This document shows, piece after piece, positions 1 through 14,768 of a stretch of DNA of 64,000 nt (positions are counted from its first letter, which is position 1; each line of letters opens with the position of its first letter). The translations under genes were made by a program, and so were the position numbers. The stretch comes from the human T2T-CHM13v2.0 reference genome, Homo sapiens, in assembly GCF_009914755.1 (NCBI RefSeq), contig NC_060934.1. One strand, written 5' to 3'. The notes under the pieces are model-generated. The model worked only from the letters and a program-made list of their open reading frames with translations. It made no database searches and was not told the DNA's origin.

Positions 1-468
1 CTGGGCAATGGCGGGCACCCCTCCCCCAGTCTCGCTGCCGCCTTGCAGTTTTATCTCAGACTGCTGTGCTAGCAATGAATGAGGCTCTGTGGGCGTAGGA
101 CCCTCCAAGCCAGGTGCAGGATATAATCTGGTGTGCCATTTGTTAAGGCCATTGGAAAAGCGCAGTATTAGGGTGGGAGTGACCTGATTTTCCAGGTGCC
201 ATCTGTCACCCCTTTTTTTGACTAGGAAAGGGAATTCCCTGACACCTTGCATTTCCCGGGTGAGGCGAAGCCTCGCCCTGCTTCGGCTCACGCATTGTGC
301 ACTGCACCCACTGTCCTGCACCCACTCTCTGGCACTCCCCAGTGAGATGAACCTGGTACCTCCTCAGTGAGATGAACCTTGGAAATGCAGAAATCACCCG
401 TCTTCTGCGTCGCTCACTCTGGGTGCTGCAGAATGGAGCTGTTCCTATTCAGCTATCTTGGCTCCCTG
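1..468 (-). mobile_element. L1PA (approx. L1PA3-5) 5'UTR; the element continues left of the window
   Basis: Reverse complement begins GAGCCAAGATAGCTGAATAGGAACAGCTCC (L1 5' end); collinear with 23465-23921; ORF0-like MAGTPPPVSLPPCSFISDCCASNE* on + from position 8. Confidence 0.95.
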
Positions 469-2844
469 CTTTTAATTTTTATTCTTTGTTTTCTAAACAA
501 TCCTGAGAGGAAATTGCAGAGATTAACCAGAAATATCTCAGCATTTATCTCTAAAGAGCAAAGTTCTCCCCTTACTGAAACGGTGTGCTTTAAAAATTTG
601 TGGGTGGGTTTTTGTTTTACTATATTTATTATAAAAATATATTGCTTCTTTTTACAAAAAGTTGGGTAAAAATAATAGGAGAAGAGAGGGAAGATCATTA
701 CCATCACCTAGCGAAAAATTGTGACTGTTTTGTTACATTTCATTTTAGTCTTTTCTTTCTGTTTGCTTATTTTTTGCTTTCATGTCATATACAAGGAATA
801 TATCTGAAAAAGTTAAATAACATATTTTAACTTCCACTTAACAGCATCTCTCAAGCCAAAACAACACAAACACAAACACTGCTGGACCAGTAAGACCAAA
901 AGATTCAGGGCAACAAGTCCAAAAATCAACATCAAGATTCCCTGGAACCCAAAAGTTTGCCTAGAATTGTGGCAGCAAATTGACACACAAAATCTTTCCG
1001 TTATATTATTCTTCGGAGTTTCAAGGCAACTCTTGGTTGATAAAATTGTAGCTTCAGCCAGACTAATCTGAATACCAGAATTTTCCACTGTGGCATCTAA
1101 TGGAAGTTATTGAAATGTCAAGGGAGCATGAGATGGGGTGAGCGTCAGATGGGAATTTTCTCAGTTGTATCATGGCAGATTAGCTGAATTCCTCTCTAAG
1201 TGCCTAGAGGACATTACCAAGGTAAGAGGAGAGTTTTAAAATGAACTTGAGGGCAATAAAGGGCATCAGATGATAAAAAATGAGTTGATGCAGTTTTGGC
1301 ACACATTCAAAACCTTCAGTGTTTCACTAGATTTTTTTTTTCATTATCATTGAGAATGCACTTTATATTTCCTGAAGGGAAAGTGTCCTCAAACAGAGCC
1401 ATTCAGAACACATTTCAAAGGAAATGAGGATATCATGTTACATGTATATTGACCTGAAAAGGCACTGCAGAGACAGGCAGAACTACCTGATTAAATAGAG
1501 TCTAGGGTTTTTTTTGATATTTCTCTCAGCCAAAACTCTATGGGAAGCCAGACACAGACATCTGAGATTAGAATAGTGCTCCAATGTGTAAGTTTATTAC
1601 CAACTGGTATGAGTTTTATAGACATGCTTGATAAAAGTCTGACAATTTTTTTAAATGACAAAACTTTTCTGAAAAAGCAAGAAAGGAAAAGTTTAGGAGT
1701 CCTTATGGTCTCTTATAACAGAAAAGACAAAATGTAAAATGAATATAATTTATTAACTTAGAGTCATGTGCCCTTCCAAACTATGGAAACAGGACCGCGC
1801 TTTGAAATTCTCTAGAATGGTTTTACATGACTACTCTTTTCATGGGTGTTGGAAGGAACAATTCATTATTATATGCATATACAATTAAAAAGATTAATTA
1901 AAGTAACAAATAAGAAATAAGAACTGCTTGTTCTTTGGGAAAGAGAGTTATTATTTCTCCTTTTTTGTAAATATTACGCTCAAGATCAAGTTTATGCTTT
2001 TATGATACCATTAAATTTAATTGATAGTCTCCATTTTTCCTGTTTTGTTTATTTAAAAAAGGAAACAACCATTTGTTAAAATTAAGTTTGGGTAGTTCTA
2101 ACAGCTCATGTGAAAATTATAAGCAATGCTTTTTACATTGTTTTACTTAAAAAATCCATTTGTAGCATAATAATTTAATTGGTTCATTTTAAATGCCAGT
2201 GTAGCAGTTGTTACTGTAATCTAGCATAAAAGCCAGAGCACATTTCAAGAAGTAACTTTAAAACTTTAAAAGTGCATAAAACTCTTCCATATGAGTGTAA
2301 TAACATCATAAATTAAAATTTCATCAAGAGATATATATATATTTATAGTAATTTTTACATATATGTGTATAGATGTAGTGCAAATTCTGAATCTTTTCTG
2401 ATTATCAATATCAGGAAATAATAAATAAATATATTCTTAGTATGAATTGTTATCCCAGCCCCCCTTCCCCGCTACACTCACAACTGCTAAAATACTACAG
2501 ATCTGCTGTGTGAACAATGATAGAACATAAGTGTGTATGTTATCTTTTCTAATAAGGTACGTCCTTTACTTTACATAAAGGACTTTCTCAGGCTATTTTC
2601 AAATTATTCCCAATTTTTAAAAAAATGAAATGTTTTTCTGAACTCTGGACTTTCCATGTTCAGTGTTCCTCAGACAGTTAGGCCTTTTGAAATGACACAG
2701 GAACTTGTATCTTCTAAAAGGACAAATTACTACTTAACAAGAGAATATGCAACAATTAGTGCTCCAAGGTGTTCATTGTTAAATTCATGGCAAAGGCATG
2801 AACTTTGAAACCCCTATGTTTTGAGCTGCAAAAGATATCACAGG

Positions 2845-3145
<301 letters not shown>

Positions 3146-3774
3146 GAGAGAGATCATAGGAAGTTGATATTAAGAGATTCCAAAAGTAGTCTTCATGCTA
3201 CACAACACTGATGACATGCAAGAGTTGAAATTTTGAAAATATTAGTATATGCATCTTGTATTTAACCCAACAGTCATGAGTGACATAAAATGTGACAGTA
3301 AGTAGTGGTGATGGTGGGACATTAGTTAACGCAAGCCTAGGAATGAAATACCCTAATCCTAACCCTATTAGTAAGTGACTACACCTGTTCTATTAGTGAA
3401 AAAAACAAAAAAATTATCTTCAAAAATTGCATCTAAAACCCAGCCATTTGTACCCACCACTCAGTGTCAACAACAGAAATCACCACTATGAGTATAAATG
3501 TTCTTTGGATTCAACCATTTCTCAACAAACAGCTCTGTGATTCTCCCAAGCATCTTTAGGGATTGAAACAGTGCTGAACTTGAAGTCAGAAACAATGGGT
3601 TCAAGTCCAGATGATGCCACTTCTCAGTACCTTGAGGTTTTTTTTCTGGCAGGGTGGTTGCCTATGTCTGTCTTGAATGGTCAAACGCTCCCAACACCCC
3701 ACACACTCCACACCAACTCAGGAAGTCCACAGAGTCTGAGAAGGGAGCAAGGATTCCTTGTCTTGGTACTTACT

Positions 3775-4135
3775 TGCTATGGACTGAATGTTTGTGCCCC
3801 TCAGAATTAATATGTTGAGGTTCTAATCTTCAACATCATAGTATGTGGAGGTGGAGTCTTTGGGGGGTAATTAGGTCATGCAAATGGAGCCCTTATGAAC
3901 AGGATTAGTTCCCTTATTAGAAGAAACACAAAGAAATTCTCTCTCTCTCTGTATACCTTGTGAAGACACAGGGAGAAGGTTGCCATCTTTAAACCAAGAC
4001 AAGGGCCCTCCACAAGAACTCCATCATGCTGACACCCCTTACCTCAGACTTCCATCTTCCAGAACTGTGAGAAACATACGTTGGTTGCTTAATCCACCCA
4101 GTCTATGATATTCTGTGATAGCAGCCTAAACCATT
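3775..4135 (+). mobile_element. MaLR solo LTR (MLT1A/MST-like)
   Basis: TGCTATGGACTGAATGTTTGTGCCCC start; TCAGACTTCCATCTTCCAGAACTGTGAGAAA and TGATAGCAGCC end motifs. Confidence 0.85.
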
Positions 4136-5079
4136 ACTCAATTCTCAAATCTTTGTGATTTTGGTAAGAAATTTGTTTCTTCAATGTGAGAAACATTTTG
4201 CTTACATCCTATTGTTTCTGTCTCCCTCTACTCTCATCACTTTTACTTCTTCCTTGCCTCAATCCCTACCCAAATCTATCATTAATTCTCTATACACTCA
4301 TACCCTTGTTTGGTTGTTTGGTAAATGCTTATCTTCTTTTATGAAAATTCAATCTGAGGTCCCACATCTTAATACTCTTTGGAAATTTAGAATAATTGAG
4401 TTTTAACATTTTCCCCTTTATTTGTGAGATTCAGTGGTCATTTTTCCTCACACAGTCATTTCATCTTTACCAGCATGCGGGAAACTAATATTTCTACCTG
4501 GTTAGCATTGTGCATCATCAGCATCAACTCTTCCAAACACAGAGTGACTTTGCCTTCTAGTTCCCATTGCCTTTGGGCAAACACCATGCTTCATACTCAG
4601 AAGGGAGAAGTACAATCTTGCAAGTATGAAGAATCCAGAGTCCCTGAAATCTGACCAAATTTTCCTTGCATTTTTCAAGCTTTACCAAGAATAACTGGAG
4701 CTTGCTGTGAGAATTTTTGATGTCTTTGAATTATTTCTCTTCTTTCAATAAAGACTGATTCAGTTACTCATTTACAGAACTTTTATTTTCATTTCTAAGT
4801 ATGCTACAGTGGAATTCCAAATGAAGAATTCAGCCAAAGTCCATAAAATGATTGATATCTTCCCTTCCCTAGAGTGGAAAAAACATTGAGGAAAAGAAAA
4901 TGTAATTCAGCCTCAAATGTATCCTATATCCCACCCCATAAGGAAACTCTAAGTATGACCTTACAATAAAGAGACATTAAAAAGTGGCCTGTAGCAAAGA
5001 CACTGTTCCAACTGGTGTCATCATGCTGGTTAGTTTATTTGTTCTTGTGATAAGCAAACATATTTTGTTCTCCCTGTAT

Positions 5080-5255
5080 TTTTCCAGGCACCAAGCTAAG
5101 CACTTCTGTCTACATTATCTCATGTAATATTTATAATGACTTCATGTGGCATTTCCATTTTTACAGATGAGCCTATCAGGGCTAAGAGAGTAGAACCATT
5201 ATATAAAGTTCCAAATCTACTAGTTGCTTAACTGAACTTGACTCAGGTTATCTGA
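5080..5255 (-). mobile_element. MIR remnant
   Basis: CCATTTTTACAGATGAG core and CCAGGCAC..CTAAGCAC motif. Confidence 0.6.
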
Positions 5256-5409
5256 TTTCTGGTGCTGTCAGCATTCTCTCATTCTCCCATACCCCATCAG
5301 TTTATTCTCTTGTGGTACCACAATTTGTATAGTGGCTCCTTCATGTCTGAGTCACCCTTCTGCTGTCCACATAGGAGATGCTTATTAAATATTTGCTAAA
5401 TAGACAATA

Positions 5410-5960
5410 TATACCAAGGTACATGTGCCAGGCACAGCTCTAGATAATACAGTAGTGAATAAGGAAAAACCCTAATCTCATGGAATTTACATACAGCAAG
5501 GGGAGACATGAGGTTTATGAACACATAATTATACAGTAGAAGGTACAAAGGCAGACAAAGTGAGAGAGGGACAGAGAGGAGCTATATTGTGTGTGTGAAT
5601 AGGGTGTTCAGAGAAAGCTCTCCCCAGTAGTAGCATTTAAGCAGAGGCCTGAGTGAAGTGAAGAAATAAGCCATTCTGATCTCTGGGGAAGAGCATTCCA
5701 GGCGGAAGATACAGCAAGTGCCAAGGCCCAGGGGCGGGAATGTGTTTGATGTATTCGAGGGAAATTGAGGCTACCTGAATGGTTGGAGCACCATGAGGAA
5801 AGCAAAGAGTTGCTGGAAAAGACATCAGAAACAAGGCTGGTTGGTGGATCAGGAAGGAAGCAGTAGGCAAGGTGAGAATTTTACAGTTTATTCTGAGTGA
5901 GATGAGAAGCCACTGAAGGGAGTGACAGTCCACTTCAACCGGATCCCTCTGGTTGCATGG
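5410..5960 (-). mobile_element. L2 3' region
   Basis: TGTGCCAGGCAC, GGGAAGAGCATTCCAGGC, GCAAGTGCCAAGGCCC, GGATCCCTCTGG motifs typical of the L2 reverse strand. Confidence 0.8.
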
Positions 5961-7546
5961 ACTCCTCTGAAGGGCAGGAGTGGTGGACTCTTTGGTTGGA
6001 GCATAGAGCCTTCAGCAAGAACCCAGAGGAGCAGCAGCTCTGCCTAGGAGCTGGGGCTGGTGGTGGCGGTGGTGACTGTTCCTATTAGAGCCAACAAGAG
6101 GGTTTGGTGGGTCATTTTGGCTACTTGTTAATTCAGAAAACAGAGGTTTTTCTCCAGCAGATGAAGAAAGGGTGGTTGATGTTTTAAGTAATGTGTGGAC
6201 ACAATTAGGATGAAAGAAGGAAGAGCCCACTGTGTCAGCACAGCCTCGGGAGGGATCCAGGTTACATAGATATGAAGCCAGGCTTAAGTGGGTGGTCAAG
6301 CCAGGCTTATTGAAAACAGACTTAATCCTTTGCACATTTTAATGAATAATTGGAATTCTTAGTTGATAAACTTAATAAACTCATGGATGAAAAATAATAC
6401 CACTTTTGGAGGCTGGGGAGAAGATATCACCAAATCCTTTGACTTTAAAATGACTGAGGGCAAAATGGGGAAGTTTTATCACTGAAAGAATTCCCCAACC
6501 ATTGGAAGTGATTTTATTTTTAATGCATAGAATCAGGGCCTTCCTTCCCAAGTAATTACCTAAATAGATATAAATGTGTTTCAAAATTGTCCCATTTTCC
6601 AGACACCATTATTCTGAGCATGCTTTTGATGTCCTGAAGCCCAGAGTACAATTATCTTTGATAGTGGGGACAGTTTTTCAGATAGGTTTCCTTTGAACAA
6701 GAGAAGGACTTTTCCCTAGGTTTCCATTTCAAGAAAATTAAATTGAATTGGATTTTCAGGTACCATTAATTGATGTAAGAGAGAGAACAGAAACCTAATG
6801 ATTTGGCTCAAGGCCTTAAAAAAAAAAAAAAAAAGGAAAGAAAAATAAAAAAAGAAAAGGAAAAAGACTTTAGTGAGAATAGCCTCCAGGCCCAAAATGT
6901 CAGATTTCTTGCTGGTTCTGCAGCTATACCTCCAGTTAAAAAAACAAAAGGAAACTATAGGGTTGATCATTTCCTTGGAGACTGCATATTTTTAGCTGCA
7001 GTTTCTATATTCCATTTTTCAGAAGTGCCAGAGATAGATTATTTATAGCAAGTGGATTTAAGAGTTAGAAATATTGAACAACCTAGACGAAACTTTTAAG
7101 TACGTATCATTTTTTCCAGTCTACATTTCAGTACCTGGTATTTCTAATGATTACATGGAGAAATTTCCATTCGACACTATTTTGAGCCTCTTAGGCTAAC
7201 CGGATAGCTTAAAGGCTCTTAAAGAGCACAACAAATGTATTTGGTCAACAATGAGATTTTCTATACTGAAAAAATGGGTATGTTGTTCATTTTATTTTTA
7301 AAAGTGTGCATTAAGATGCATATGTGTATTTAGAAAAATTTTTATAATCTAGTAAGAACTTTTGTCTGGAGGGATATTGTACACTGGCCTGGAAGTCCAA
7401 TAATGAAGAGAAGAAGAGATAATGGTAGAACCAACTGGTAAGCGTGGATTCTCAGCAGGAGGTGACACTGCTCCCACGGGGGTAAACATTCATTCTTAGG
7501 GGTCAAGAAAATCCTCAGGTATTACAGTGGTTTATTTCCCTTTTCA

Positions 7547-8405
7547 GTAAGCAGAATAATGCTTTTCCAGGGTCTCACCCTCCCAAAGAAGTCCATTCTC
7601 TACTCCCTAGAACCTGTGACCTCATTATGGTAGCTGAGAAAAAGGAATTAAGGTTGTAGGTGCAATTAAGGTTGCTAATGAACTGACCTGGAAAGGAGAG
7701 AGGAGATTAGCCTGGATTACCAGGTGATACAGTTTCACCATGTCTTCACCCAAACCTCATCTTGAATTGTAGCTCCCATAATTCCCATGTGTTGTGTGAG
7801 GGACCCAGTGGGAGATAATTGAATCATGGCGGCAGTTTCCCCCATACTGTTCCTGTGGTAGTGAATAAGTCTCAGGAGATCTGATGATTTTATAGCGGGG
7901 GTTTCTCTTTTGCTTGGCTCTCATTCTCTTGTCTGCTGCCATGTAAGACGTGCCTTTTACCTTTCACCATGATTGTGAGGCCTCTCCAGCCACTTGAACT
8001 GTGAGTTCATTATACCTCTTTTTCTTTATAAATTATCCAGTCTCAGGTATGTCTTTATCAACAGCCGAAAATGGACTAATTCACCAGGTGTGCCCAATGT
8101 AACCACAAAAGTCCTTAAAAGTGGAAGACAAAGATGGACTAAAAAGGCACAGAGAGATCCCACATTTGCTTTGAGGGTGGAGGAGGGCCATCACAAGCAA
8201 AGTTATATGGGTGGCCCCAGAAGCTGGACACACATTTGCCTCTAGACTTCCAGAAAGAAATGCAACCCTGGTGATCCCCCCACTCCAGCACAATGAGACC
8301 CGTGTCAGACAGATATCCCTGTACAACTGTAAGATGACACATGTGTGTTGTTGCTGCTAAGTTTGTAGGAATTTATTATAGCAGAAATAGCGGGACAATT
8401 AATAT
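7547..8405 (+). mobile_element. MLT1D-like MaLR LTR, split by a THE1 LTR
   Basis: GCAGAATAATG..CCCAAAGAAGTCCA..AGAACCTGTGA; GGATTACCAGG|TGTGCCCAATGTAACCACAA rejoins across the insert; AGAAATGCAACCCTG..AACTGTAAGAT. Confidence 0.8.
7725..8083 (+). mobile_element. THE1 (B/C-like) solo LTR
   Basis: TG...CA termini, CTCATCTTGAATTGTAGCTCCCATAATTCCC, GGACTAATTCA end; 5-bp TSD CCAGG at 7720-7724 and 8084-8088. Confidence 0.93.
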
Positions 8406-9822
8406 ACCTTCCCAAAGGTCATAGAATACAAACATAGTGTAGCTGTAGTATTAAAAAGTCGTTGGTGGCCAATTAGGAAAAATGTGTCTAAAAAGGCTCC
8501 TTGGGGGGCAATAATGAAAACAAATTGAGTAATATTGCTCTAGAAGATGACAAGCAGGCTATTTGACTGCAGAATTTCATAAAATGGAGGCATTTTATGG
8601 CATTAGTGTTTGGATGAGTAAATTTTACAGCACCAAAAGCTGTTGCTTTAATCTGGAGCAGATCAGAAAATTAGCAAAAATAGAGTTATTCTTAAAAGTG
8701 AATAACTAAGAAAGTATTCCACGGGCAAAAGACTTAGGAAACTCTAATAGAAACAATATAGTTGGTAAGAAATGAAACCTACAAATCGCAGCTATAGAAG
8801 AACACTTCTCTAATTACATGTATATAGTTGCCTGGAAGAAAAAGTTTGAAGGTTGATAGGTCAGATGCTAATAGTGAGTTCTCTGGATGGTCATTCTATT
8901 TCTGTTTATTGTTGTTGTTATTATTGTTGCTGTGGTTTGTTTGTTGTGACTTTCCTAAAGGAAATATATATATAATAGGAGGCTTTTACTATATGCCAAT
9001 AGTTGGTAACTGGATGGGAACCAAAATTTCATAATAAACAGTTTTCTCAAAATCCAGTTTGGGTTGAGTCTTAATCTTAAAAAGAAGAACTGGAATTATA
9101 AAATAAGTTTATTTCATTTTATGTATTGTTATTACTAAATTTCTGTTACAGATGTAGCTATGTTGTTAGAGCTATGTCTTTAGAGAGTAGAGAATTGAGA
9201 ACATTAAAGTAGTGGCAATTTTGGTCTTTTTTTTTCTCAAATTTATATAATTACTTGATTATATACTTCATGTTTGATTTCTGCAGCATAGAGAGGGTCA
9301 TATTGGAAGGTTGCATTAGATTTCCCAGGGGTTTTGCCTAATCCTTGAATAATCTAATTATTCCCTTTCGAAGTAGCTATTGTGTAGTCGTCATTGTGTA
9401 TTTTTTCCCCTTAGTTTAATTGGTGAATGGTGCCAACTTCTCATGTGTCCATGATTTGGCTTGTAATTGAAACAGTGTACCAACCTTCCTTTCCATCAAA
9501 TTCTTAAGTCCTGTATTTTTTTTCCACAAGATTTTCAGTTTCATTTTGCAGTCTGTGTGCATTGAATAATTGGATGTTTAAGAGGTTAGGCTTGGAGGAA
9601 TGTTTGAATGAGTGCTAATTTTATCATTGTTTTGCTCATTAGTTAATAATATTGATGACTTGTTTTCCCACACAACTTTAAGTTGGCGAGAACTTAGATA
9701 ACTTGATCACATTGTACATAAACAATTTTATCATATTTTATCACGCACACATACAAAGACACATAAACTCACTCATGCACTCTGTTTCTTTCAAATATTT
9801 GGGTTTAAAATTTGAGAAATCT

Positions 9823-10032
9823 GGCCAGCTTTGTGGCTCATGCCTGCAATCCCAGCACTTTGGGAGGCCGAGGTGCGAGGATCACTTGAGGTCAGAAGTT
9901 CGAGACCAGCCTGGCCAACAAGGTAAGACCCTCTCTCTACTAAAAATACAAAAATTAGCTGGGTGTGGGTGTGCATACCTGTAGTCCCAGCTACTAGGGA
10001 GGCTGAAGCAGGAGGATCACTTGAATCTGGGA
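9823..10032 (+). mobile_element. Alu, 3'-truncated
   Basis: Left arm, linker TAAAAATACAAAAATTAGC and part of the right arm; stops at CTTGAATCTGGGA. Confidence 0.92.
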
Positions 10033-10989
10033 ATAAATTTTATTTATTTTAATATAGTTATGATTTGCCCTGATCTGCTTGCTCCCAAGTCCTTGTATTT
10101 TAAAAGAACGAGAAATTCTAATTAACTTCAGAGTGGCATAGTTCAACTATAGTTAAATGATATAGAGATTCAAGGCTCTCTGAGGGAGGGAATACATAGA
10201 TATTCACATGGTTAGATATTATGCAATGCTTGTATTAATAAAGTCATAATCATAATTCCAGTTTCTATATAGTCCTTGATGTCTGGATTCACTGACTTCA
10301 TACCACACAGTATTGGCAACAGCCCAAGTTTGCCTAAATGAAAAAGTAATGCCTTTAGGAAGAAGCTTCAGGGAAATACATGAGTGGTAAGAAACCCTTG
10401 CATCAGTGCAAAAACAGAACAATTGCTTCTTTCCTTCATTTATTTATTAGGGACCAGCTTTGCCTGCAGAAAATAAGAAGAAAGTCTATTAATATTTTCT
10501 AACTTTTTATTTGACTTCTCAGTGGGAGAGAAGAAGTATTTTTCTTAAACTCTGAAGTTTATTACCCCGCAATTGTTTATGGCTTTTGCTACACCGAATT
10601 TCAGTAGTTGAAATGTATCTCAATATATTTTAAAAATGACTTTACTTAGGTGACAGCTTATATAACTTTTATTCCTGAATTGGCATCCCTGACAGTGTGG
10701 AAAATACTGTTACTTAATTAAGCCTCCTTTTTTTTAATATTATAGCTTTGATGAACTGAATATAACTGAAGGGGGACCTGGCATGAAGAGCTATGAACCT
10801 CACTGTTCTCCTGACTTTAAAAGTGTTTTTGGATTATTTTAGAGTCATCGTATATATACAAGAATATTTAAAACATGCTAAAGTCATGAATAGGGAAACA
10901 CAAAGCCAAAATAAAGTAATATTCTAGAATGGATACAATTTGAAAGGCAGGTAATTTGGCAAGGGTATATAGATTGAAACCTTTAAACC

Positions 10990-12001
<1,012 letters not shown>

Positions 12002-13019
12002 TAAGACGAGTGTACCAATGTGCAAAGGACACCAGCAGGATGTCAAGAGCACAATCATTAGAGGGGTCTGGACCTACATATGTTAATCAAAGAGGCTTGT
12101 GCGTCAACATCTGCATATAAAATGTTTAATTTTAAACAGGACATGAGTACAGAGGAATTGGTAATCTTTAGCTAGAAAATATTTCACTGCTGAGTTTTCT
12201 TTGCAATAATTTATTGAAGTGAGAATGAGGTTGGAATGTTCACCTTGGAAGGTTGCTCTCCAGACGTATTTTTCCTTCAGAGCAAGTCAAGTCATTTCTT
12301 TCTTTCTTAAACAACCATAAATAAGTGAAAATTTTTGACATAACGTACAACACAGTTTGGTGTTTTTTTTTTTTTTTTAGACACTGCAGGAAATGTTTGA
12401 GATTTTTATTCCTTGTAGACTTCACAAACAAATAAGAAACATAATAAAGAAAACCTTTTCAATCTTATTCACTCCTTGTAACTTTCTCTGAAAGCCTGCT
12501 AAGACACCAAATCTGATTTTCTTTTATCTACCCAAAGGCAACAGTCCTCATTAGCAGGGAAAAAACCTACAAAGCTAAGACTGAGTGAAGAATGTTGACG
12601 GTTATCTCATTAGGGCATGCAGTGCTCACAAGGCACCGGATGGACAGACAGCATTAAGAAGCCAAATGTCAAGGTAGTGAAACAAAATGTATCACAGCCC
12701 TCCACTATCACTGGCATAATCCCTTTATTAAAATTTCTGCTAATGAATGATTACAAAACTCCGGAACGTGGGCAAGGGAGGGGAGTGGAATTGAACTTTT
12801 GCTTTAATCGCTAGAATGGCTAGAAGACTGCCTTAGAAATCTTTACATCAGACTAATCATTTCAAATTCAAAATAGCATTAATTATTAATCTGAGAAGCA
12901 AATGAGTTCTGTGATGTATAAATTATACCTCAATGAAGCTGTTAAAAAATATGGCACGGTTTCTAATGTGCAAAGAGCATACAAAGAACATTTGCACATC
13001 GGTAACCTTCCTACATTTT

Positions 13020-13128
13020 TGTCTTTCTTGAGGTGTAATTTATGTATCATAAAATTTTAAGTATACAATTCAATGATTTTTAAGTAAATTTATAGAGTTG
13101 TACAACCATCACCAACAATCCAATTTTC
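13020..13128 (-). mobile_element. L1M 3'-terminal fragment
   Basis: TTGAGGTGTAATT..TTTAAGTATACAATTCAATGATTTT..GAGTTGTACAACCATCACC. Confidence 0.75.
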
Positions 13129-13788
13129 TCTGTAGAGCACATGTTTAGAATGTGAAAAAGTGAACAAAATTCAAAAAAGGAATTTATAGAAGGTGCAATG
13201 ATCTGTTAAGAGTAAGAATACACTAAGTTCAGGAACTTCTTAAGCTTTAAAAAAATTACTCATGTAAAAAATGTTACAACTTTTATGTGTGGGTTTCATA
13301 CTTGTTTTATAATTGAAGGATGTTGTTATTGCTGTCTTAGGAATGTTACCAGGCATAATGTAAGCTATGTTATGTTTATTTCTGAAAACTAAAAATCTTT
13401 GGTGTATACATTTTTAAAATATTTAAAAACCTGAGGTGTTTGGATTCTGCCTTAAACATAATTTTAAAAAGAACAGCCTCTCAAGGATTAGAGGATGTGG
13501 CTGCTTCTAATAATAATGTCTTCCTTTAAGGAAAATGAAAAACAGATTCATACATATAATCAAGCAAAGTTGTTGACCAAAATGGCAATTATTCCCATAA
13601 TGAGATACTAAAGGAAATTCATACAAAAGAAACCAACGGGCTCTGTGTTTCTTGACCTGTATCAACTGGGTGTGGAATGGAATGTGTGCTTCTCGTGAAT
13701 TCCCTGGTTAGCTGCTTTATTAAACAAAAAAACCTGTCTACTTTTCCACTCTCACCCGCAGCTGCCTTACAAAGCAAAAATACATTCA

Positions 13789-13954
13789 GTCCAAATATGG
13801 CAACACAAGGTTTATGCCATCAACCTGGAGGTTGGCTGCAAGCAGAATGCCTGTAGCAACAAACTGTGTGTGTAACTGACAATGATGTCAGACGGCAAAG
13901 TCCTTGGACCACCGAGGCAGCTCTCAAGATCATTTCAAGGTTGCCTATGGCGAC
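13789..13954. promoter_or_regulatory. Candidate enhancer: RFX (X-box) motif cluster with SOX and CRE-like sites
   Basis: ATGGCAAC 13797-13804, TGCCTGTAGCAAC 13848-13860, GTTGCCTATGGCGAC 13940-13954, ACAATG 13879-13884, TGATGTCA 13883-13890, all in non-repetitive DNA. Confidence 0.45.
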
Positions 13955-14768
13955 TAAGAGTATCACAAAGTGATGGCAGTTTTCCAGGTAACTAGATAAT
14001 TATTAAAGAAATGAAAAGGATGTTAACTCTAAATTATTCTAATACAACATCCAACATCTGCCTTTGGGTAGATAAAAGAAAATCAGATTTGGGGTCTCTT
14101 AGCAGATTACCACAAATGACTTAGATAATGCCAGCGGTACTATGTTATATTCCATAAAGTCTGAGTAGACACAGTTTTATTCATGCATTCAATTAGTCAG
14201 TCAAATGATATTTACTAAGTTTCTATATGGGCCAAGAATTTTACCTCATAGAGTTTACATCTAGTCTTCCTATTTGATCCAATAACATATGAAGATCATG
14301 AAAGGATTTCTTATCCCTGTCATAACATATATTTAACAATTGTAAATGTACAATTACCTATAAGTAAAGAAAATGTACTGAGTTTATGTGACAGCCTGTA
14401 TACAACGAATAGCCAAATAAGTCTATTGATTATTTTTGATCCAAATCAAACACATTTCCTCAATTCTCAATTACTGTTTTTCCACAGAAGACATTTAATT
14501 ACTTCAGTAAATCTTAAACAGCCCTAACTTTTAGAATAGTCATAAATATTCTTTTCTAATTGCTCACAGACATGAGATCTCTTGCAGGAGGTTGGGAAGA
14601 GAAGACCCTTGGTTCCTTCTAACTTTTCTGAACTTCATAAGTAAAATGAGAAAAACAACATCCACTTCAAGAATCATAAAGAGAAATAACTGAAATAAGG
14701 TGAAGAAATGAGCCCAGCACTGTATCTTGCTCAAGGCATGTGCCTTTAAAAAAATAATAATGACAAAA

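Larger units (their letters stand above)
12496..14105. repeat. Inverted repeat pair (12496-12540 and 14059-14105), 34 bp perfect
   Basis: CCAAATCTGATTTTCTTTTATCTACCCAAAGGCA (12507-12540) is the exact reverse complement of 14059-14092; it extends ~11 bp further with a small indel. Confidence 0.95.

Noticed and set aside
813-1088. 91-aa minus-strand ORF with a hydrophobic, Cys-rich end
   Set aside because: Non-ATG start, no recognisable family, no convincing splice-site pair; the hydrophobicity comes from TTG/TGT-rich sequence
7440-8540. Possible hAT/MER20-like element surrounding the MLT1D/THE1 nest
   Set aside because: Termini too degenerate to name with confidence
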